Shown here piece after piece: positions 1-11,600 of a stretch of DNA of 64,000 nt. The notes under the pieces were generated by a model, which searched no databases, was not told where the DNA came from, and worked only from the letters and a program-made list of their open reading frames with translations. The translations under genes were made by a program, and so were the position numbers. The stretch comes from Hormiphora californensis (taxonomy: Eukaryota > Animalia > Ctenophora), in contig CM035350.1 of assembly GCA_020137815.1 (NCBI GenBank), positions 2,046,001 to 2,110,000 on the forward strand, written 5' to 3'. Each line of letters begins with the position of its first letter. Position 1 is the stretch's first letter.

Positions 1-805
1 GGCGTTATAGATTAGACTTTAGAGATATCGGAACAAGATTTTTAATATCTTCTCTGGCTGCTAATCTCACTTTCTCTCTCACACATACACGCCCTACTGT
101 ACAATATCATTGATATTTAACTTTAGAGATAGAAAGAGAAAGTGATGGAGATGGAGATGGAGATAAGAGTAGAAGACAAAAGAAGAGAAGGAGAGGAGAG
201 AAAGTAGGAAGAGATCCTCTAGCTACTGAGATGCAGATAGATCTCTTCTCTTCATCTCTCAGATCCTCCCCTTCTTCGATTCCTCGATGAGATACCTGCC
301 ATCTATGATCGTAAACGTATAGTAGCTTTAGGTAATTGAAGATGATAATGTACGAAGGTGTCGTGACGGTGGAGGACTTTGAAAAAAAGGTGGGAGAAAA
401 CGAATATTAATAATATTGGGTGTGATAGAGAGTCAGGAAAGCCAACACTGGAAAACCTTGCTCATGTTGTAATTGTAACTAAAGTTTTAAATCATTCCTA
501 GCTTTGCTCCAAACAGATCATCAGGTATATTTTGTATTTCTTTTGTGCTCAGTGCACGTCCAATTAATGAGTATCTGAAAAGAAAGGTTGGTTTTAATTC
601 AGATGGTGGACGATGGTCAAAGAGGGGGGGGGGGTATTAAATTTACGGCAAGAATTTATTTGCGTTATGTTTTAACATTTCTTTTCAGGGGGGTAAACCC
701 CCGAAAGCTGTCATGTTCTAACCCTTCTTTACAAGTCTAGCTAGGCAACAGGCAAATACTCTGACCACAGTTCTCGCACACTGAATAGCGTCATCTCAAA
801 CGCTA

Positions 806-1607
806 CAACTTTTTTCGGGGTCGCACGATTTTCCCTAACTTTTCAAACTTTAGCAGATTTTACTTTCCAGTTTCAATTTTACAACCTTTTCTTGCCGTAT
901 GGTTTTGATGGTGGCATTTTTAGGCTCTGTTTTTCTGCTGTTAATGAATCCTTTTTTCTAATATCTTTTGCTATGTTCGAAAGTAAAATAACTCGCTAAA
1001 CAATGCGGAGTAAAAGGGTAGCGAGTAAGGTCATCCACTTCTTGTCACCAAATTTAGATGGTTTTGGCCATGGCTCAGCCATTTATTGGTCAAATTGCTT
1101 CATCTTGGGCTCGTTGGAAAGAGGGCATCGAGCTCTTTCCACACAGCTCAAGAAAATTAAAATCGGTGCAAAAATGGCGGTGTTATGGCCAAAATGCGCA
1201 TTTTAAGGCGTTTCGCGCCACAGCTCCGCCATTTCTTCACCAACTTGCAAAAACTAGGGCTGTAAGGAAAGAGCTCGATGCCCTCTTTCCAACGAGCCCA
1301 AGATGAAGCAATTTGGCCAAAAAATGGCTGAGCCATGGCCAAAACCATCTAAATTTGGTGACAAGAAGTGGATGACCTTACTCGCTACCCTTTTACTCCG
1401 CATTGTTTAGCGAGTTATTTGACTCTCGAACATAGCAAAAGATATTAGAAAAAAGGATTCATTAACAGCAGAAAAACAGAGCCGAAAAATGCCACCATCA
1501 AAACCATACGGCAAGAAAAGGTTATAAAATTGAACCTGGAAACTGGAAAGTAAAATCTGCTAAAGTTTGAAAAGTTAAGAAAAATCGCGCGACCCCGAAA
1601 AAAGTTG
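806..1607. mobile_element. Palindromic (foldback) MITE, TA-flanked (Tc1/mariner-type, non-autonomous)
   Basis: The left arm from CAACTTTTTTCGGGGTCGC (806) is the near-perfect reverse complement of the right arm ending GCGACCCCGAAAAAAGTTG (1607). Arms are about 340 bp with an imperfectly palindromic centre near 1200. TA on both sides (804-805, 1608-1609). Confidence 0.85.
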
Positions 1608-2569
1608 TAGGTATGGATGTGCTTTTCGGGGTCGCGCGCAGCAGGGCTTTTGTTGTTTGAGTTGACCTTTTTTTTTTTTTTTTTTTTTTTTTTCGACGTC
1701 AGCGCGGCCATTTCTCGATCAATGTGACAGTCCAACTATTGGATGTGACAAGCAACGATAATAGCACTCAATACGGTCCCTTGCTTGACCCCGGTGACTT
1801 GCACCGACACTGTCTGTCTCACCCAATCACGAGTGTGTGCTACCAATCTCGATAGCACGCAGGTTCAGTTTTGTCAAACAAAGTTAATGACATGATTTCT
1901 ACGCTACCTCTAGACAGTTGACCTTTAGGTTTGGTTTTGTTTGGTTTGCTCCCGCCCTTCGGACAGGAGGCCGAGGTTTGGTCTTGGTTGCTCGTCTGCA
2001 GCTCTCTAGAGGTAGGCGCGGGTGCCCGGTATTGGGTGAAGTTGTTTTGCAGTAGCCCATGGGGCCCCACGGTTTTTGGGGTTTTTGAACTCACCCTTCC
2101 AAAACAATTACTGCAACTGCAGTGCAAGAAGTAAAACAGCAGTGATTATTGTCAGGAAGCCGAAAAGAATGTCGGAAAACAATATGAAGTAATTGTAAAA
2201 AGTATCACTCCGCTGAGCCACATAACGAAAAACAGATAACTTATAGGGTAGACTGGGGAGGCTACTAGCCTTGCTAGTCCGACTGAGATCATGCTTGTTT
2301 TGTTCAAACCCCGGGGCGCGGGGAGGGAGGGTCGAACAAGGCAAGATCATGCCCCTGTTTTCACCAGACCTCTAACTTTTAACAATTAACTGAACTCAAT
2401 TATAAAACAACAATAGATTTATCTCTCGGGCCCCAACAAGTGCAACCCAACTGTAATAATATGTACTAATTAATAGTTCTTTAATAGTAACCGCTCAGAT
2501 CACCTCTCAGTGTCAGTGTCAAATCTGCATATATAAGTAGACATAAGTTGACCAAGATTATTAACAGTT

Positions 2570-5500
2570 TCACTCAGTTTTCTTCTCCTCTGCCCCCTTG
2601 TCTGTTTGCCTGACTCTGAGCCACAAGATGAAGATGGAGAGGAAGAGGTATCCGACACCCATAATAACCATAGCAACCAAGTTAGGGAACCAGATATCTC
2701 CCTGAATTGAGAAGAGGGTTAGAGTGGGTTAGGAACAACGATCAAGGGGCCACCTGACAGACCTTGTCAGTACTGCCATTTGTCATGTACAGCTTGTCAA
2801 GAAAACACAAACTTCTATACTAAACTTCTACTGGATGAGTACGAGTTCGTTAACTTTTTGAGTTTTCGCGCTCCTGGCTCCGACACTATGGACAGGTAGT
2901 GAGAGGCTTACCGCGTCTATACTGTAGTAGTCGAGTATTTCATCCCCATTTTCGAACACACACCGTGGACTTGAAGCGTTTTTACAACCTAAAAATACAG
3001 ACATACATTATACGGAAACAGTACAACTACAATCATCAGAACCATGTATAATAGTTGACATGTTCCCAGTCTGCCGGCTCTCACACCGGGCGGAAGGCCC
3101 AGTGTGAGCTCAACTGGACGAATGGACAGAATGCGTAGCATGGCAAATGTATACATAGTTAGTAGACACTAGACCAAATGTCCTAGCTATATTCTCAGTT
3201 TATCAAAAAAAGACTCAAACTAAAGATCTCAGATTTACTTAGTTCGAGGTCTTGGAATTCGTTGATAATGAGAGACCCAAATCCGTACCGGAACCACGAC
3301 ATATACTGACTGGGTAGAAGTAGTAGGGGTTGACGCCTCGTTTGGTAGAGACCTCGAATAGGAAGAAGGGCAGGATAAAGAGGGGTGTTTAGAGCGGCGC
3401 TATCACAGCATTACCCGATAGACACGCTATCAAGTAAACATGTGGTGGAAACAAAAGGAACACTCCCATAACGGGGATTAGCCCCCCCCCCAAAGAAAAA
3501 TCCAGCAGCAGTCTCGGAGACCTAGGAGGGAGGGAGGGAGGGTTAGACCTAGGAGGGAGGGTTAGACTCAGAAGGAATGGATCAGATTTCAAGGAGGGAA
3601 TTTTATAAGCAGCTAGGCTGTCAGGCACTGTACGCTGACAGCGGTTAGACGTTTCTGCTTACCTCCAAGCCCCCAGAAACACTAGCCCACTGGAGTAGGG
3701 TTGAATAAGCCGGTAGGCGTCTGAATGAAAACAAAAAACAGGCATTATATGAATCTTATATCACAAAGGTGTAGGTAATATGGGGTAAACAGATCGTTCC
3801 ACACCTCGCTTCACATTGAATTTTTCATACTTTCTTTTTATTCTTATTTGTCTTTCGTGCGGAGCACGGAAACAGTGTCAAGCAACTCAAGCTTCACACC
3901 AATAGAGAGACTCACCTCAATAAGAACCTTTGATGACATGACAGATATGACACCGTACATTCCATTCCTATACTCCCTCTTGATAATGGGTAGATCCATT
4001 GGTAGGTTCTGAGAGGAGAGGACGGTCAAGAGGGGGGGGGGGCAAACACTCAAAGGAGAGTTAGCAGGTACCTATATGATGTACTATGGCAGGTTCAGGT
4101 TATGTTCTAACCCTCCCTTTACATCGGGGCACCCGAAACAAAGTCTAGCCAGGCAAGGCAGTGTCATGACTAGCCAAGACTGGGGAGAAAGACAAACACG
4201 TACCTGACTCTGTACAAATGTGTTTCCAAATGTCATTGCTGAGACGATAAAGAAGAGGAACCCACTTTTATCCTGGAATGCTTCTTCGTCGTTATCGTTG
4301 TTCAGATAGGCTAACCCACCTAGTAGACCTAGCACCTGGGAATGGCAGTATAGTGTTTCAGTTTTCAGGGGGGGGGGTTCCAACCTATTTTTTTGTATTT
4401 TTTTGTACTTTTTTGTACGGACCATACATAAAAGTATCCAAAATTCCTGTTTTTTTCCATACAAACAATACAAAAAAATACAAAAAAATACAAAAAAGTA
4501 ATGAAAGATGTGGGTGCCTGATAAAAGTATAAATAATACATAGCTGGGTTCTGTTTATGTTCATGTACCACCTATTATATATATGAACGTTTTTAGTTCC
4601 ATTGTCATCCATTTTCCCGCTAAAAGTACTAAAAAAGTATGTAAAATTACACGTTTTTGAAATTCGAAAAAGCAAAATCATTGATTCAGATTACGATTCG
4701 GGATAATTTTCTCGGTAAGACATTGCGATTCGGCGAAATTTCTCGCTTAAAAATACGATTCGAGAAAATTTTCTCGGTAAGAAATTGCGATTCGGGGAAA
4801 ATGGGGGGGGCCAACGCTCATTTTTTATATATTTTTATATATTTTATATACCTTTTTTTTGGAAAAAAAAAACATAATTTTTTATATATATATAAAATAT
4901 ATAAAAATATATAAAAATACATATGAATATATAAAAATATATAAAAATATATAAAAAATATATAAAAATATATAAAAAATTGTGCCGAAAGTGTGAAAAC
5001 AGAAAGCTGTTTTTCGCCATAGCGGGATCAAATATCATTCAATTGATCTCAAACTTGGTCAGCATCTTCATCTAGATAATCCTGATGATTTTCCGTCATT
5101 AATGTGACGTTTGTAACATCGTGACGTCGCGTCAATAACGTCATGACGTCAAAATGACGTCAAAAATGATTTGTTTTTTTAGTTTCGCGATCCCAACCTC
5201 TCTTCACCAGTTCTAGTACATCTGCACGGATCAACATACAAAAAATGATTGAAATCACACCAAAACTGGTAGATATTATTAGGCCGGAACCTCTCTTCAC
5301 CAGTTCTACTTTTGACAGTGCATAATTCACTTTTGAACACATTCTCAATTATGTAAAACAGCTATCACCCTCTCAAACACTTAAATTAACTCTATGAAAC
5401 ATATTCAAGTGAACAATAGATGGAAATAATCCCCTTTTTTTAAAGTAAAAGGGGTGAAAAAAGGGTTTATTTTATATATTTTTATATACAGTCGGACCCC

Positions 5501-8500
5501 GATTTAGGGACACCCTCGGGGGAAAGGGTCTTGTCCACTAAATCGGGGTGTCCACTAAATCGGGGTGAGCCATATTTGACCCAAAAAACCTATTTTATTG
5601 CCCAAAATGCTATATTATTAAGACTAAATACACCTCTAACTGTTATATGCAATATTCATGTATTGATGACATGATCATTTCTGATTAGAAAAAGAAAAAT
5701 ATAAAATAATTATTTTTCAAAAAAAAGTGGAAAATTTTCTAAGTTATACCAGCCCGTCCGGTTTGTATTTCGAATCGGTGCAATTTACTGGATATCCTGT
5801 CTAATTAGCGGGTTCAAAACGAACCGATACGTGATACCATACCGAATCGGGGCACCCTAAGCGGGTGAGGAAGTATAAAAATTTCAAAATAACTTTTTCT
5901 TTCAAAATTTATGGGGAGCACCGATCAAAGCATTGACAATTGTACTGTAAAATTTTGCAAAAAAAGTTATAAAATTTTTTAAAGGTATACCAGCCACGTC
6001 CGAATCGTGTTTCGAATCGGTGCATCTTATCGCATGTCCTGCTGCTAAACGGAACGAATCGAAACGTGATCCCCATCGAATCGAAATTTTGACGCTTGGA
6101 CCTTGGTGAACTTGTGATTCAATGGGCACCATGGGGATCACGTGTTGGTTCGTTCCGAACCGTCTAATTAGCAGAAGGACATGCGATAAGATGCACCGAT
6201 TCGAAACACGATTCGGACATGGCTGGAATCTTTTTGAAAGATTTCACGAAAAATTTCCCAAAAAAAATTCAAAAATTTTTGGGGGAAAAAAATCCTGTCC
6301 CTAAATCGGGGTGTCCCTAAATCGGGGGTCCCTAAATCGGGGTCCGACTGTATTTTTATATATTATTTATACAACTTTATATATTTTTATATATTTTTAT
6401 ATATTTTTATATATTTTTATATATATATAAAAAATTCCAAAATTAAGGAAATATATAAAAAATTCGTTGGCCCCCCCCCCCGGGAAATTTCTCGCTTAGA
6501 AAATACGATTCGAGAAAATTTTCTCGGTAAGAAATTGCGATTCGGGGAAATTTCACGCTTAGAAAATACGATTCGAGAAAATTTTCTCGGAAAGAAATTG
6601 CGATTCAGAGAAATTTCTTGCTTAGAAAATACGATTCGAGAAAATTTTCTCGGTAACAAATTGCGATTCGGGGAAATTTCTCGCTTAGAAAATACGATTC
6701 GAGAAAATTTTCTCGGTAAGAAATTACGATTCGGGGAAATTTCTTGCTTAGAAAATACGATTCGAGAAAATTTTCTCGTTAACAAATTGCGATTCAGGGA
6801 AATTTCTCGCTTAGAAAATACGATTTGAGAAAACTTTCTCGGTAAGAAATTGCGATTCGGGGAAATTTCTCGCTTAGAAAATACGACTCGAGAAAATTTT
6901 CTCGGTAAGAAATTGCGATTCAGGGAAATTTCTTGCTTAGAAAATACGACTCGAGAAAATTTTCTCGGTAAGAAATTGCGATTCGGGGAAATTTCTCGCT
7001 TAGAAAATACGACTCGAGAAAATTTTCTCGGTAAGAAATTGCGATTCGGGGAAATTTCTCGCTTAGAAAATACGATTCGAGAAAATTTTCTCGGTAAAAA
7101 TTGCGATTCGAGGAAATTTCTCGCTAAGAAAATACGATTCGAGAAAATTTTCTCGTTAACAAATTGCGATTCGGGGAATTTTCACGCTTAGAAATTCTTG
7201 GATAGAAATTTCGATATGGAAAGATTTTCTCTCTTAGAAATTCCGATTTTTCGTACAAACAGAACAAAAAAGTTGTACAACAAATTATGGAGATGTGCTA
7301 ATGTACCACCTGGGAACGTTTGTCGTGTATTTATTATCTTTCATTCGAAATTCGAAAAAGTAAACATCATTGGTTCAGATTTCGAAAATTTTGAATATAA
7401 TGTTTCCTTGTGTTTTGATAAAGAACAATTAAAACATGATTAAGACATGTTTTTATCTTCTAATTATAAGAAAAAGTTGCTAATTTTGTATCAAACCACA
7501 GTTTAATAGGAATTTATGACACAATTATGATCATAAACTAAAATTTCAGCGATCAGAAAGGCGTTGTTTAATCATTTATACCCCGTTTTATTTTTTTGTA
7601 TTTTTTTGTATTTTTTTGTATTTTTTTGTAGCTTGTTTTTGTAGCTTGTTTTTTTCCGTACAAACATACACAAAATAGGTTGGAACCCCCCCGTTTTCAG
7701 TTGTCTCTCTGTCCGTGAGTCCCTACTCCCCCTCTGTCTCTCTCACTCCTTCTCCCTCTCTCACACTTTCTCTCTCTCAGTTCCAACTTACCAATGTCTG
7801 TACTATCCTAATTTTGGTGTATGCCGGGTTTCTGAACACATTCCTCCAACTTCGTCTCAGGTTCGCTGTGAACTGTGTCGTTATGTTCGCAGCACTCCTG
7901 TGTAGGGAAATGGTGGTGAAGTGAACTGGGTTAATGACTGTCTGGCGGTGCCGATCTGAACGCACTGTCAATCAAAACGGGGTCTGACATTAGCTCATTG
8001 TGGAGTGTAGACATGCGAGACTTCGGAATGTATGCATTTATTTCGGGGAAAAAACACTGATTAGAATGTTTTTATCACCCCAGTCCTAAGCTCAAATCGG
8101 CTGTATGCTAGCCCTACAGCAGTTGTTCTTATACTTGCTAGCGAACTAAACAGCAACTCATGCAACTACCGTTTTTACCTGATTGATATTTTCATGTCAG
8201 CATCCTGGAACTCCTTCTTAGTCTCATCAATGTTGGTCGCCACCAGTTTGCCCTGATCCGAAGCTGCGAACTTGTCTGTTATCATGGCCACCTTCTCTCT
8301 ACATTCCTCCTCCTGCCCTGGTATCATGGCCAGGGTGAAGATATAGTGGTCAGCGGGGTTAAAGTTATCCGGGCAGGGCTGGCCAACTGATCGGAAGAAC
8401 GTGAGGGCATCCTTGCAGGGCCCAGAATAGGCACATTTTCCGTTAGCCACTAGATACAACCTGCGGAGAGATTTTTAGTTAATATTTGTTCATCTGTCGT

Positions 8501-8559
8501 GTATTTTATAAAACCGAGACTGTAATTTGGTAGACAGTCAAGACTAAAAGATAATCCGA

Positions 8560-8627
<68 letters not shown>

Positions 8628-11600
8628 AGAAAAGATGCGGATGTCAGTCAAAATTGCCAGCTTTATCACGAGATCCCACAGAAAGCTGAGAACATGTTTT
8701 GAGTGAGTGACAGTGAATATAGTCTCGTGATCCAGGCACATTATATAGAGCCAGCCCCGACACAACTCTACCATTTCCATTTCTCCAGTACTATGTCTGA
8801 TAGCGGATCTCTCCAGATCCATCTTCACAGGTAAGAGAGCTCCCTCTTGAACTGCACAACGTGCATTACGACGTGCATTACACGTTCCCTCCCTTGCTAA
8901 TTTAACTTCAGCACGTAGTACACCCTGTGGAACCACATGCACACTGTGCCTGTGTAACACCATTCTAGCTTGCTTGATATTTGAATTTCATATCTCTATA
9001 ATATCTCGCCTGCAAATGCTCTGACAGTCTCGCCTGCTCTTGACCCCCTCACTCTCTCTCTGCAGGTATACAGGGTACAAGAATGTAGAGGATGATATGA
9101 AGATATTTAGTGCCGTTACTGGGTACAATGTCCTAAAGTGGTCTGACAATGATCCGATACAGATTGTCATGATAGAAAAGGTAGGTACAGATTTGATCTA
9201 CCGAACCCTCACAGACCGGTGTGAGCCACACAAGAGCAGATCATACTAGCCGCCTTTAGTTAGAATTTATACTTGAACTCGTATTGCAATTTGTACTATC
9301 TTTTGCTGATATTCTTCAAACAAAGCACAATCCCTTACCCCCTCCCCCACTTCAGAAAGAGACGGAAGAGGGCCTCCAAATGATAGAGAGTTTGATATAC
9401 GATGTGTGCAGATCGGAGAGTTTCAAGGGGTGGATGGCATTCCCTGATAACCACGTGAGCCCCCTCTACTACACACCACTACTGGATCTCAAACTACAAG
9501 GTACGTGGGGGGGGGGGGAGAGTTTAGAAAAATGGAAACTGTTTCCTATTACACAGCTATCTGATCAGACCCCGTTTCGATTCCCAATAGTGCGTTCAGA
9601 TCTGGTCAGCGCCGCCAGACAGTTCCATAGCAGCCTCGTCGAAAGGACTATCCTCTCTGACTAACTAGTGATATATTTCAGATGTCAAGTTTTCCTCGAT
9701 GATAACACCCTTTGAGTTGAAATCTCACTGGTCAATATGTGTGGACCCCTCCCGTACCATTCACGCTATGTTTGAGCACGATATAGGCCGCCTGGTGATC
9801 TTCATATGTCGGGACACACACTGGCAGAAGATAGCCATACATTACGACGAGCTAGAGCAACACATAATTCAACAGGTAATTAACTATGTAATTAATAATT
9901 AGTAATTTGTAATAAGTAGCTCGAATTAGAGGTTGAATTCCATTATAACATTGACAATCCCCGTGTGGTAAAACTAAATCACACTATTTTCAGCACTGTG
10001 ATAACTCAATAAGGATGGTTCTCTTCCTAAAGAATTGTCCTCGTTTCTTTGAAGTTGAATCAGAAGTAAGTATACTTCACCCCCGTACCACACGGCGTGC
10101 CTGGTGAAATTTTAACACGGGACCATAGCATGCGACGGGAATCACATTACGTGACTGGGTAATCACCTGAGGCGTACGGTGGGAAAAAAAACATCGCTAA
10201 ATCTTTTTTTGACACTTTGGTTGATTAAGGGTCAATATTGGCTATTTAAACGTGGTCCCAGCAAAATCTACGGACAGAGACGAAATATGTACCCGCTAGC
10301 CTATTTTGTAGAGTAGAATCGGATTCAAACGTGAAATGAATCATCAAATGAATTTCATAATGGTACCAAATATGCAACTGATGAGTTTTAATTGTCTTTG
10401 GAGGTTTTTCCTATCTATTGTAACACTGAATTGAATAGAATTACTAGTGCAATCGTTAAAATGGTCATTTTCTACCAAGAGCCAAGTTTTCGTGTATATC
10501 GATTTATGGTTAGATTTGGGCAAATTGTTGAAATCTGCCAACTAGGAGAACCGTAACTTGATTTTCTTGTTTTTTGGATTTTGGCATTTTTGACAAACTT
10601 CTGATTGAAATGGTCAATCGGGACCATGCTTAAGTTGTTTATGGGACAATTTTCGACTAAAATCCAAGATTTCATACCAATCCAATAACAGATCGTTGAT
10701 TTATAGAAAATTTAAGTAGGCAAAACGGTGAAAATAAGCAAGAAAAGTTGTCATTTTGACCGTTTTGCCTACTTAAATTTTCTATAAACCAACGATCTGT
10801 TATTGGATTGGTATGAAATCTTGGATTTTAGTCGAAAATTGTCCCATAAACAACTTAAGCATGGTCCCGATTGACCATTTCAATAAGAAGTTTGTCGAAA
10901 ATTCCAAAATCCAAAAAACAAGAAAATCAAGTTACGGTTCTCCTAGTTGGCAGATTTCAACAATTTGCCCAAATCTAACCATAAATCGGATATACACGAA
11001 AACTTGGCTCTTGGTAGAAAAATGACCATTTTAACGATTGGCACTAGTTTCAAATTCCTATCTCAACGTTTTCAATGGTTTAGGGGCCAAAAACCTCCAA
11101 AAAATGGTAAAAAATCAACTTTTGACCATTTTACAGTCATTTTAGAGATTCGACTTCAACGGCAATCGATTCTACGTGCAAAAATAGGTGGGGGTGACAT
11201 ATTTCGTGTGCTAAGTCATTATTGATTTTTCGGGACCACGTTTAATATAGCCAATTTTGACCCAAATCAAATAAAAGTAAAAAAAAAGATTTTAGGGAAT
11301 GGAATGTTTTTTCCCGCACCGTAGCGCCATTCTGTAGACCCTCAGCTACCACGTACAAGTGGTGGTTTCCCGTCGCATGCTAGGTTGTGTTAAAATTTCA
11401 CCAGGCACGCCGTGACCAGTCATACACTTATATAGCTAGTTACTATCTCAAACCTACGAAAGAAAAGAGCGATTTCTTTCTATCTCCTACCTATCTAACT
11501 TCAGACCCCATCACACTTTACCAAACTCCTGTCAGGCGCTTGAGAAGACCAGGAGAGGGCTGAAGAAGAAGGGTCACATGGTGGACGAGAAACTAGAGAA

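Larger units (their letters stand above)
4369..7692. mobile_element. Non-autonomous TIR element A (poly-G TIRs, 8-bp TSD; MULE/Merlin-like) carrying a satellite
   Basis: TIR GGGGGGGTTCCAACCTATTTT at both ends. TSD GTTTTCAG at 4361-4368 and 7693-7700. Subterminal TATTTTTTTG repeats. Confidence 0.8.

Noticed and set aside
330-790. Possible small exons of a gene at the window start
   Set aside because: Splice-like signals are present but no coherent or recognisable reading frame could be built; part is a short dispersed repeat (TGTCATGTTCTAACCCT..TTTACA, also near 4100 and 58035).
6417-7191. Repeat-protein ORFs or a CRISPR-like array
   Set aside because: Pure tandem 63-bp satellite with no unique spacers; the ORFs arise because the unit length is a multiple of 3.
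10344-11225. Twin ORFs [10 protein letters not shown]... on opposite strands (likewise 1058-1306 and 1157-1348)
   Set aside because: By-products of palindromic elements; no recognisable protein.
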